In this document: positions 27,482-39,150 of the stretch, piece by piece
How positions within the stretch are numbered: the first letter of the stretch is position 1
Layout of the letters: each line of letters begins with the position of its first letter
NCBI GenBank assembly: GCA_002269645.1
Contig: NIVC01000067.1
Location: 248,001 to 312,000, forward strand
From: Macrostomum lignano
Lineage: Eukaryota
Direction of reading: 5' to 3'
Length of the DNA stretch: 64,000 nt
Notes under the pieces: generated by a model
Seen by the model: only the letters and a program-made list of their open reading frames with translations
Told to the model about the DNA's origin: nothing
Databases searched by the model: none
Translations under genes and position numbers: made by a program

Positions 27482-29542
27482 TTGAGAAAGCTGAAAAAGG
27501 CGGCGGCAGATGCTGCGCCGAAGGTTTTTGCCAGCTCGAGCAACGCCTGGCACTCGCTCTCCTGTCCGGCTTCCGAGCTGAACCTTGGCGTCACTCTGGC
27601 CTGCGGGCAGAGCTTCCGCTGGCGCCAGCTGGAACAGGAGGGCTACTGGGCCGGGGTTCACGCCGATAAGGTGTGGCTTCTGCGGCGGCCCAGTGAGGCG
27701 TGCATCGAGTTTCAGGTGTGTCGTGATGTGATAGGGACTATTTTATCTTTAGTTGCAACCTGAGATACCAGATCCTGAGATTCCAGATCCTGAGCTTTCA
27801 GATCTTGGGTTTCCAGATCCCGAGATCCCAGATCCTGAGGTCCCAGATCCTGAGATCAAAGATCCTGAGATTCGAGATCCTAAGATCAAAAATCGTGAGA
27901 TCCCAGATCGTGAGATCCCATCTCATCGTGAGATTCCAGATCCTGAGATCCCAGATCCCGCGATTCCAGTTCCTGAGATCAAACAGATATCCTGAGATCA
28001 AAGATCCGGAGTTTCCGGATACTGAGATTTCAGATCCTAAGATAAAAAATCCTGAGATCCCAGATTGTGAGATCCCAGATCCCCAGTCATCGGCTAGTGG
28101 AATCCCAGATCTCCAGCCTGATCACACCCTGACTCCCATATTCTCAGCATTCGCCTGTCCCCTACAATCCGCAGGTCTATCCGCCATCCAGCAGCGCCGC
28201 CTCAGACCAGCAGGTGCTGGAGGACTATCTCCGATTGAACGGTCCCACCCTGGAGAGCCTGTACGCTGGTTGGAGCGCCTCGGACCCGGTGTTCCGCTCA
28301 GTATGCAGCCAGTTCCCTGACGTCCGCGTGCGCCTGTTACGTCAGCAACCGCTGGAGAATTTATTCAGCTTCATCTGCTCGTCTAACAACAATATTGCCC
28401 GGATTAGTCAGCTGGTTGAGAAATTGTGCAAATATTTTGGCCAGCAAATTTGCATTGTTGACGGCCGCGAGTACTATGGCTTTCCCCAGGTGAGCACCGG
28501 GAATCTAGGAGGTTATAGCCTACCCTATCAGCCCTAGGAATCCAGGGCAGCAGCACCCACCACCACATCATCGGTCCCAGGAATCCAGGGCAGCAGCACC
28601 TACCGCCACATCATCAGTCGCGGGAATCCAGGGCAGCAGCACCCACCACCCCATCATCAGTCGCGGGAATCCAGAGCAGCAGCACCTACCACCCCATCAT
28701 CAGTCGCGGGAATCCAGGGCAGCAGCACCCACCACCCCATCATCAGTCGCAGGAATCCAGGGCAGCAGCACCAACACCCCATCATCAGTCGCGGGAATCC
28801 AGGGCAGCAGCACCCACCACCCCATCATCAGTCCCAGGAATCCAGGGCAGCAGCACCCACCACCCCATCATCAGCCCCGGGAATCCAGGGCAGCACCCAC
28901 CACCCCAACAGCTCCACTGTTGCATGCCTCGCGCCTCGCCCCGCCGCTCTGCAGCTGTCGGCCCTGTGCTCACCAGAGGCGGAACCGCGCCTCCGCGAGT
29001 TGGGCTTCGGCTATCGCGCCAAATTTGTAGTCGAGAGCGCCAGGCGGCTGCTCGACCTGGGCGGCGCCGATTGGCTGCACAGCCTGCGCGGCTCGGCGCA
29101 GCCAGACGAGATCCGACGCTGCCTCACCAAAGAATTCACCGGGGTTGGCCGTAAAGTGGCCGATTGCGTCTGCCTGATGTCGCTAGACCAGCTGCACCTG
29201 GTGCCGGTGGATGTGCACGTGATGCGAATCGCTCGCAGCCTGTACGGCCTACCAGCCTGCACAAAGAGCCTGACCGAGTCGGCCTATCAATCAATTAGCG
29301 ACTTCTTCCCCAGCCTGTGGCAGCCGCACGCCGGCTGGGCGCACACCGTCCTGTTCGCTGCAGACTTGGCCAGATTCCAGCATTTGAAGTCGCCCGCCAT
29401 TGTTGATGAGGTCAAGCCGGCGTCATTATCGACTGAGACACCTGCCGACGCCGCCGCTGATGGCGAGGTTGAATCGAAGAAGCTCGAAGCTGAGAGGCCT
29501 CCTGCTAAATCCGGACAGGGAACTAGAAAGCGCAAGAGATAA
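27482..29542 (+). CDS. OGG1: 8-oxoguanine DNA glycosylase/AP lyase; exons 27482-27715, 28175-28489, 28955-29542; no in-frame ATG in the first visible exon
   Basis: ELNLGVTLACGQSFRW, RLLRQQPLENLFSFICSSNNNIARI, LGFGYRAK and the HhH-GPD motif GVGRKVADCVCLMSLD...VPVDVHV (catalytic Lys and Asp present), WAHTVLF, C-terminal RKRKR. Phase-0 GT-AG introns. Confidence 0.95.
27760..28095. repeat. Degenerate 15-bp GATC-rich repeat (GAGATCCCAGATCCT) in OGG1 intron 1
   Basis: Direct inspection. Confidence 0.85.
28535..28910. repeat. 43-bp minisatellite in OGG1 intron 2
   Basis: GGAATCCAGGGCAGCAGCACCCACCACCCCATCATCAGTCGCG ~8 copies. Confidence 0.88.
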
Positions 29543-30284
29543 AGAAGCTCATACTACTTACAGTGGTGCTTGATGCGTTTTTCATCTATGGAACTGAATC
29601 TGCTTGCAATACTCTGCATTTCAACTTGGATATGTTAAAAAAAATTGCTTTTATAGGCAAGCCGGTAGCAAATACATTGGATTTGGCTATTTAGCTGTAA
29701 AGTAGCATCGCAACGTGTTTAGTATGATAAAAAATTTTACCATTAAAAACCCGCATTGCATGTTTTTTTTTTCAATAGCGCAAGAAATACACTACTGGTG
29801 CTTCTAGGTTTGCAGTAGTACACTTGCAGTAGTATTAAGATTAATAAATTACAGCTAAGGATATTAGCAGAGCATCAAAGAAACTAAAGCAATAATTCTT
29901 TCACAAGCTCGAAAAGGCGCATAAGTCTGTCTCAGCCCCGTGAATCCAGTGCAGCACTAGAGCCATCTGTAATCACTAATTGGGTACAGCCAAACTGGTT
30001 GTAATAAAATCGTACAGTGAGTTACTGAACTTGTAGCAGTGTCTCCTACTAATATCAAGCATTGCAAAAATTATCCAGACAGGGTACTATCCAGTATGAT
30101 TATTGAAGTGTATAGAGAATGATTTGAAGCAACTTTCTTTAAGTTGTTTAGACTTAGATGGCAAACCATAACCACAGTTTAAAGACGACTAGGTACTAAA
30201 TCATTAAAGTTGCACACTTGAGTTCTAAATTTAGCTCATACGTAATATGCTAAAGTTGAGACATTAATGTCTCTCTAATATGCT

Positions 30285-31320
30285 TAGAGAGACATTAACC
30301 AACTGAGAATTCAGACCTTACGAGAGACATTAACCAACTGAGAATTGAGACCTCACGAGAGACATTAACCAACTGAGAATTGAGACCTCACGAGAGACAT
30401 TAACCAACTGAGAATTGAGACCTCACGAGAGACATTAACCAACTGAGAATTGAGACCTCACGAGAGACATTAACCAACTGAGAATTGAGACCTCACGAGA
30501 GACATTAACCAACTGAGAATTGAGACCTCACGAGAGACATTAACCAACTGAGAATTCAGACCTTACGAGAGACATTAACCAACTGAGAATTGAGACCTCA
30601 CGAGAGACATTAACCAACTGAGAATTGAGACCTCACGAGAGACATTAACCAACTGAGAATTGAGACCTCACGAGAGACATTAACCAACTGAGAATTGAGA
30701 CCTCACGAGAGACATTAACCAACTGAGAATTGAGACCTCACGAGAGACATGAACCAACTGAGAATTGAGACCTCACGAGAGACATTAACCAACTGAGAAT
30801 TCAGACCTCACGAGAGACATTAACCAACTGAGAATTGAGACCTCACGAGAGACATTAACCAACTGAGAATTGAGACCTCACGAGAGACATTAACCAACTG
30901 AGAATTGAGACCTCACGAGAGACATTAACCAACTGAGAATTGAGACCTCACGAGAGACATTAACCAACTGAGAATTGAGACCTCACGAGAGACATTAACC
31001 AACTGAGAATTGAGACCTCACGAGAGACATTAACCAACTGAGAATTCAGACCTCACGAGAGACATTAACCAACTGAGAATTCAGACCTCACGAGAGACAT
31101 TAACCAACTGTGAATTGAGACCTCACGAGAGACATTAACCAACTGAGAATTGAGACCTCACGAGAGACATTAACCAACTGAGAATTGAGACCTCACGAGA
31201 GACATTAACCAACTGAGAATTGAGACCTCACGAGAGACATTAACCAACTGAGAATTGAGACCTCACGAGAGACATTAGCCAAACGATCCTACGAGAGATC
31301 TTGACCAACTGAGATGCATA
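30285..31320. repeat. 35-bp minisatellite between convergent OGG1 and RBR copy A
   Basis: GAGACATTAACCAACTGAGAATTGAGACCTCACGA ~29 near-identical copies. Confidence 0.93.
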
Positions 31321-31593
31321 TAAATATTTTCCTGTTCAATTTTAACAAAAGTGCGACTTAACTGATGAGACTCGAGAGACATTAAGCCAGAAATTAATAT
31401 TTTAAGACTTTCTAATATTTTGTTTAGATCCTACCAGGTAAAATAATCGGATTAGGACTAAACTACATGTAAGTCTAACAGGTTCTAGCCACTGCACTGT
31501 GATCTAACTAGCTTTTTATTGTTTTGAAAAAAAACATATTGATTGTTTTACACCATCCAAAGCATCGACGCTAATAGTATTTTAAGAAGTGCC

Positions 31594-34121
31594 TCATTCT
31601 CCGGGCACCTGAGTTTGCCTTGGAGCAATTGTACACGGGGCGTTGAAGCTGCCGCACTGCCAGTTGCCCTCGCTGTTCTTCGGCTTCAAGCAGATGAAGC
31701 AGAACTCTTGGCCGCAGATGCACTTCATATGCTTGCAAGAGCGAACATGCTCGATGATCATGCCGCAGTGGATGCAGGCGCGGCGACCGGGCACGTCTGG
31801 ATGCGTGATTTTGGGGATAAAACATTGTCTGGCTCTGGGGGGAGTTGTGTAGTGGACACATGTACTTTTGACAGAGCCAGCCACTGCTGCTCAAACTGTC
31901 TATGGTCCAAATAAACTAGAGCCGTAAAAGGCCCAGCCGCAGCACATTATTAAAGGACAAGCGGTCTTCATCTCGCCGCACACGAGCCGCTTCATACATG
32001 TATTTAATGCCACCTCCCTTAGCTTTAATGCTTGTCTCCCTACAGCAGAGGGTTTGTCTCAAGTCGAGAAGAGGGACCAGTGGTGCGAAGTCGTTCGATT
32101 TCGAAACTTGGCTTTATGCTTCATGTTGGGATTTTGGACTCAGGGTTAATTGATCTAACACAGTCTAACACGGTCTGATGACGAATATTACGTAGTGTCT
32201 GCGCGCGTATTCTTTGGCAGAGCAGCTCAGCGGTTAACGCCCTCGATTCTCCCACCAAACACCCTGGGTTCGATTTTGAGCGCGGCCTCATTAACAAGCC
32301 AACAAGCCATTTCTTCCGCCCGTCGAACTACCAAGGGGGGAATCCCCTGACAATTTTTTGCTGCGCCGTAAGGGAACCACGCAGGCACACGAAATTTATG
32401 AGCACGGGCTAACTTTCTGTTGTAAACCTTCTCAAACAAGAATCAAGTCGCCAGCCCTCCAGACCGTCGAGATATTCAACGATTTTGCCAGAAGGTCAGA
32501 TTTTTTCTAGCGTCGTAAAAGCGCTTGTGAATTCAATACATCCCGTGTGTGCCAATCAGCACTGCGCCTCAGAGCGGCCTTGCTAGACCTCCAGATTTCA
32601 TCAGGAAGTCAACCACATGCGTCTGCATCAGCTCTGACTTCGTTGGTCACTGGCCTTCACGCAGGCGGAGCTTCTGGATCCTCGACAGTGGGCAAGCCTA
32701 AACTGCAGGACATCATCAGCTGGTCTCTCAAGCATTCCGTCTTCACCCCGACGCCCCGAGGGTGAAAAGTCCTCCCTCCTGGTGCTCCCCCCTCCATACG
32801 CCCGTACTACGTCATACTTAAAGTGCACCCCCCTGCAGGCCAACTGACCCTTCACGCCGACAATCTCTTTGACCGGCGCCGCGGCCAGAATGGCAATCCG
32901 AGGGTCCTTGCCGGAGCAGATGTCATTGCCGCACTTGTCCGTGCCAGCACTGCGCCACTTGTTCAAGCAGTACCAGCAGAACTCGAAACGCTGCCTGCCT
33001 CCGCTGGAACAGGCGGGGCAGACCACGCGACGATCGCGCGAGCTGACGCGCTTGCAGTAGGAGTGACAGCTCGGGCACTCCTGTGTGAGGAACCGTTCGG
33101 AAATGAATCACTTTTAAAGCTGCCAGTTGCAACAGAAAACACGCTGTTAACGTTTGCGGCGTCACGGGATATCTGTCAGCTGACAATCTTGCATTTCTAT
33201 AAAGTATTAAGTTTCTTATAATCGAACGTTTCTTACCTGAATATTCACCGCCCGTCGCAAGTAGTTCTCGGAAATCTTTCGTTCAAACTCTTGCCTCTCC
33301 TCGTCGCTAAGCACGGCCAGCCGTCGTATAACGACGAAGTCCCATTCGACGGGGCAGCCAACTCTGGAATCGTTCGGGTCCAGCCAGGGGCAGAGGAAGC
33401 GGTAGAGGCCGGAGTCCAGCAGGCTGCGACAGTACATGGTGAGGCTGTCCGGTCCGATGGCGTGGCCGCAGGGCATTTTGACTCGCAAGTTGTCTTTGTC
33501 GTCGTCCCAGGTGATCATGTCCGGCTCCTCGGTGAGCTCAACGCAGTCGCCCAGCTCCTTGACACAGAATTATAGTTGCGTGCAAATATCAGAATCTAAG
33601 AATTTCAGAAGCCATACCAAATTCTGTGATGAACCGGTACAGGTATTACTCACTCTTAGTCTTGAGCCACCTGGTAGACGCAGCACCATGTGGAGATTGG
33701 CGTGATTCTCCAAGTGAAAGTCGGACAGATGCTTGTCTTTGTGCTGTTCAAAGTCGATAGTCTTGCTCGCGTAGACCATCTGGTAGGTGCCAGGTTCGAG
33801 TCCCGTCTTGTCCTCCAGCTTGCGAAACAGATCCTTGATCTGAGCATCCTATAGGTCGTGGAGAGTGCATTGCTTCATTTTTCTTTCACATCGTTACGGG
33901 GTTGGCACTGGATATGTTAGACTAAGAGAGCACGGATAATCCTTTGTTAGAACGGGGTTTGCCTGTGAACTGAAACTGCTCACTAGCTCTGGTCCTAATT
34001 GTTTTCCTCGTACAGGTAAGTACAAACAAAAGTAGGTGCTTATCATTCTTACCTTGAGAATGCTAACTGTCTCTGTGCGGCTGTTGTAATCCTTCCCGAA
34101 AATCTGTAATAAATTATCCAT
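31594..34121 (-). CDS. Ubiquitin-like domain + degenerate RING1 + IBR + Rcat (RBR-type E3 ligase), copy A, ~339 aa; exons 34121-34053, 33848-33654, 33557-33237, 33080-32849, 31796-31594
   Basis: Spliced ORF of 1020 nt with GT-AG junctions (phases 0,0,0,1). The Ubl ends NLHMVLRLPGG, followed by MPCGHAIGPDSL...FLCP...GC, IBR ECPSC...CPAC...FCWYC and Rcat CIHC...SCKHMKCICGQEFCFIC. Confidence 0.88.
32216..32290 (+). mobile_element. tRNA-derived SINE head inside RBR copy A intron 4
   Basis: GGCAGAGCAGCTCAGCGGTTAA...GGGTTCGATT...GCGGCCTCATT; related to 2538-2612. Confidence 0.4.
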
Positions 34122-34909
34122 TTTTACCAAGCTTATCAAGTACAAGTCAAAGGAAAACTTACATGTATTAACTCAGATTGCCAGTTTGACTCAACTAAAA
34201 GCCTGTGTCCTAGCTTTCTCGGTATAAATGCCTTTCTTTGCACAGTTTTCTGGCCTGTTACTAGGTACCATCTGTCTGCTACTGCTAATGTACATTCCAT
34301 TATCAAATAAGACTGTTCGTAGCTCCATAGCTCAAACACAACAAGCTAGGATGTACACTTTAAGAGCCACTACAATCACGGATGTAGGTACAACGATTGT
34401 ACAGCACTGGCGATGTGGGGCAACGCAGCTCTCTTTCCCTGAATTTCTATCGCAGTTCAGATCTGCTGCCCTCCGCTGCAGTGGGGTCACAACGAATCGA
34501 ACCCGGGACCACTGAGCAACCCACCTTAAATACAAGCATATCAACTGCGTACTAACCGCGACCAGTTCTGCTTAACAGATGATTTGAAAAAATGACTAAC
34601 TCAAAGTTTTTTTTTTGAGTGCAAATTTCGACTCGAACTAAAACGCGAATTTTAATGGAATTAAAGACGGTTACAGTTTAATTTATTTATCGCTTTGTCT
34701 CTTGATACACCGGAATATCAATAGTAAAATTCAAGTATGCAAGTACGAGCAGATGCAATTACTTAAAGTCAAACCAAACAGTCAACTAAAAAACTAAAAA
34801 CACACGGGTCACACATGTACAACCGTAACACTTCAAAACTAATAAAAAAATAAAATATTGATTTTTACTTGGGTGATTTTTACTGAAAAACAATTTACTC
34901 GATAATTTG

Positions 34910-37900
34910 CCATCACCAGCCCCCATCTCCCACAGATCCCCAATCTCAGCTCCCATCTCCCACAGATCCCCAATCTCAACTCCCATTTCCCACAGATCCC
35001 CAATCTCAGCTTCCATCTCCCACAGATCCTCAATCTCAGCTCCCGTCTCCCACAGATCCTCAATCTCAGCTTCCATCTCCCACAGATCCTCAATCTCAGC
35101 TCCCGTCTCCCACAGATCCTCAATCTCAGCTCCTATCTCCCACAGATCCCCAATCTCAGCTCCCATCTCCCACAGATCCTCAATCTCAGCTCCCATCTCC
35201 CACAGATCCTCAATCTCAGCTCCTATCTCCCACAGATCCTCAATCTCAGCTCCCATCTCCCACAGATCCCCAATCTCAGCTCCCATCTCCCACAGATCCC
35301 CAATCACAGCTCCCATTTCCCACAGATCCCCAATCTCAGCTTCCATTTCCCACAGATCCCCAATCTCAGCTCCCATCTCCCACAGATCCCCAATCTCAGC
35401 TCCTATCTCCCATAGATCCTCAATCTCAGCTCCCGTCTCCCACAGATCCTCAATCTCAGCTCCTATCTCCCACAGATCCTCAATCTCAGCTCCCATCTCC
35501 CACAGATCCTCAATCTCAGCTCCCATCTCCCACAGATCCTCAATCTCAGCTCCCATCTCCCACAGATCCTCAATCTCAGCTCCCATTTCCCACAGACCCT
35601 CAATCTCAGCTCCCGTCTCCCACAGATCCCCAATCTCAGCTCCCATCTCCCACAGATCCTCAATCTCAGCTCCCATCTCCCACAGATCCTCAATCTCAGC
35701 TCCCATCTCCCACAGATCCCCAATCTCAGCTCCCATACATCCCCAATCTCAGCTCCCATTTTCCACAGATCCCCAATCTCAGCTCCCATTTTCCACAGAT
35801 CCCCAATCTCAGCTCCCATTTCCCACAGATCCCCAATCTCAGCTCCCATTTTCCACAGATCTCCAATCTCAGCTCCCATCTCCCACAGATCCCCAATCTC
35901 AGCTCCCATCTCCCACAGATCCCCAATCTCAGCTCCCATTTTCCACAGATCCCCAATCTCAGCTCCCATTTTCCACAGATCCTCAATCTCAGCTCCCATC
36001 TCCCACAGATCCTCAATCTCAGCTCCCATCTCCCACAGATCCTCAATCTCAGCTCCCATCTCCCACAGATCCCCAATCTCAGCTCCCATACATCCCCAAT
36101 CTCAGCTCCCATACATCCCCAATCTCAGCTCCCATACATCCCCAATCTCAGCTCCCATTTTCCACAGATCCCCAATCTCAGCTCCCATTTCCCACAGATC
36201 CCCAATCTCAGCTCCCATTTCCCACAGATCCCCAATCTCAGCTCCCATTTCCCACAGATCCCCAATCTCAGCTCCCATTTCCCACAGATCCCCAATCTCA
36301 GCTCCCATTTCCCACAGACCCTCAATCTCAGCTCCCATCTCCCACAGATCCCCAATCTCAGCTCCCGTCTCCCACAGATCCCCAATCTCAGCTCCCATCT
36401 CCCACAGATCCTCAATCTCAGCTCCCATCTCCCACAGATCCTCAATCTCAGCTCCCATCTCCCACAGATCCTCAATCTCAGCTCCCATCTCCCACAGATC
36501 CCCAATCTCAGCTCCCATTTCCCACAGATCCCCAATCTCAGCTCCCATTTTCCACAGATCTCCAATCTCAGCTCCCATCTCCCACAGATCCCCAATCTCA
36601 GCTCCCATCTCCCACAGATCCCCAATCTCAGCTCCCATTTTCCACAGATCCCCAATCTCAGCTCCCATTTTCCACAGATCCTCAATCTCAGCTCCCATCT
36701 CCCACAGATCCTCAATCTCAGCTCCCATCTCCCACAGATCCTCAATCTCAGCTCCCATCTCCCACAGATCCCCAATCTCAGCTCCCATACATCCCCAATC
36801 TCAGCTCCCATACATCCCCAATCTCAGCTCCCATTTTCCACAGATCCCCAATCTCAGCTCCCATTTTCCACAGATCCCCAATCTCAGCTCCCATTTCCCA
36901 CAGATCCCCAATCTCAGCTCCCATTTCCCACAGATCCCCAATCTCAGCTCCCATTTCCCACAGATCCCCAATCTCAGCTCCCATTTCCCACAGATCCCCA
37001 ATCTCAGCTCCCATTTCCCACAGACCCTCAATCTCAGCTCCCATCTCCCACAGATCCTCAATCTCAGCTCCCGTCTCCCACAGATCCCCAATCTCAGCTC
37101 CCATCTCCCACAGATCCTCAATCTCAGCTCCCATCTCCCACAGATCCTCAATCTCAGCTCCCATCTCCCACAGATCCTCAATCTCAGCTCCCATCTCCCA
37201 CAGATCCCCAATCTCAGCTCCCATTTCCCACAGATCCCCAATCTCAGCTCCCATTTCCCACAGACCCTCAATCTCAGCTCCCGTCTCCCACAGATCCCCA
37301 ATCTCAGCTCCCATTTTCCACAGATCCCCAATCTCAGCTCCCATTTTCCACAGATCCCCAATCTCAGCTCCCATCTCCCACAGATCCCCAATCTCAGCTC
37401 CCATTTTCCACAGATCCCCAATCTCAGCTCCCATTTTCCACAGATCCCCAATCTCAGCTCCCATTTCCCACAGATCCCCAATCTCAGCTCCCATTTCCCA
37501 CAGATCCCCAATCTCAGCTCCCATTTCCCACAGATCCCCAATCTCAGCTCCCATTTCCCACAGATCCCCAATCTCAGCTCCCATTTCCCACAGACCCTCA
37601 ATCTCAGCTCCCGTCTCCCACAGATCCCCAATCTCAGCTCCCATCTCCCACAGATCCCCAATCTCAGCTCCCATTTCCCACAGATCCCCAATCTCAGCTC
37701 CCATTTCCCACAGATCCCCAATCTCAGCTCCCATTTCCCACAGATCCCCAATCTCAGCTCCCATCTCCCACAGATCCCCAATCTCAGCTCCCATACATCC
37801 CCAATCTCAGCTCCCATACATCCCCAATCTCAGCTCCCATTTTCCACAGATCCCCAATCTCAGCTCCCATTTTCCACAGATCCCCAATCTCAGCTCCCAT

Positions 37901-39075
37901 TTCCCACAGATCCCCAATCTCAGCTCCCATTTCCCACAGATCCCCAATCTCAGCTCCCATTTCCCACAGATCCCCAATCTCAGCTCCCATTTCCCACAGA
38001 TCCCCAATCTCAGCTCCCATTTCCCACAGACCCTCAATCTCAGCTCCCATCTCCCACAGATCCTCAATCTCAGCTCCCGTCTCCCACAGATCCCCAATCT
38101 CAGCTCCCATCTCCCACAGATCCTCAATCTCAGCTCCCATCTCCCACAGATCCTCAATCTCAGCTCCCATCTCCCACAGATCCTCAATCTCAGCTCCCAT
38201 CTCCCACAGATCCCCAATCTCAGCTCCCATTTCCCACAGATCCCCAATCTCAGCTCCCATTTCCCACAGACCCTCAATCTCAGCTCCCGTCTCCCACAGA
38301 TCCCCAATCTCAGCTCCCATTTTCCACAGATCCCCAATCTCAGCTCCCATTTTCCACAGATCCCCAATCTCAGCTCCCATCTCCCACAGATCCCCAATCT
38401 CAGCTCCCATTTTCCACAGATCCCCAATCTCAGCTCCCATTTTCCACAGATCCCCAATCTCAGCTCCCATTTCCCACAGATCCCCAATCTCAGCTCCCAT
38501 TTCCCACAGATCCCCAATCTCAGCTCCCATTTCCCACAGATCCCCAATCTCAGCTCCCATTTCCCACAGATCCCCAATCTCAGCTCCCATTTCCCACAGA
38601 CCCTCAATCTCAGCTCCCGTCTCCCACAGATCCCCAATCTCAGCTCCCATCTCCCACAGATCCCCAATCTCAGCTCCCATTTCCCACAGATCCCCAATCT
38701 CAGCTCCCATTTCCCACAGATCCCCAATCTCAGCTCCCATTTCCCACAGACCCTCAATCTCAGCTCCCGTCTCCCACAGATCCCCAATCTCAGCTCCCAT
38801 CTCCCACAGATCCCCAATCTCAGCTCCTATCTCCCACAGATCCTCAATCTCAGCTCCCGTCTCCCACAGATCCCCAAACTCAGCTCCCATCTCCCACAGA
38901 TCCCCAATCTCAGCTCCCATCTCCCACAGATCCCCAATCTCAGCTCCCATCTCCCACAGATCCTCAATCTCAGCTCCCATCTCCCACAGACCCTCAATCT
39001 CAGCTCCCATCTCCCACAGATCCCCAATCTCAGCTCCCATTTCCCACAGATCCTCAATCTCATACAGATCTCCCA
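34910..39075. repeat. 30-bp minisatellite (CAGCTCCCATCTCCCACAGATCCCCAATCT), ~4.1 kb, with higher-order structure, between the two RBR genes
   Basis: Direct tandem repetition; 23-bp deletion variants mark a 1006-bp higher-order period. Confidence 0.95.
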
Positions 39076-39150
39076 TTACCAGCTCCATCAAGTGTTCCAT
39101 CTCAAAGTCTTTATTCTCCGCCGCATCAGTCACGCCAGCAGAGATGCGCC

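Noticed and set aside
30285-31320. CRISPR-like appearance of the 35-bp repeat
   Set aside because: The units are head-to-tail with no unique spacers, there are no cas genes, and the context is eukaryotic.
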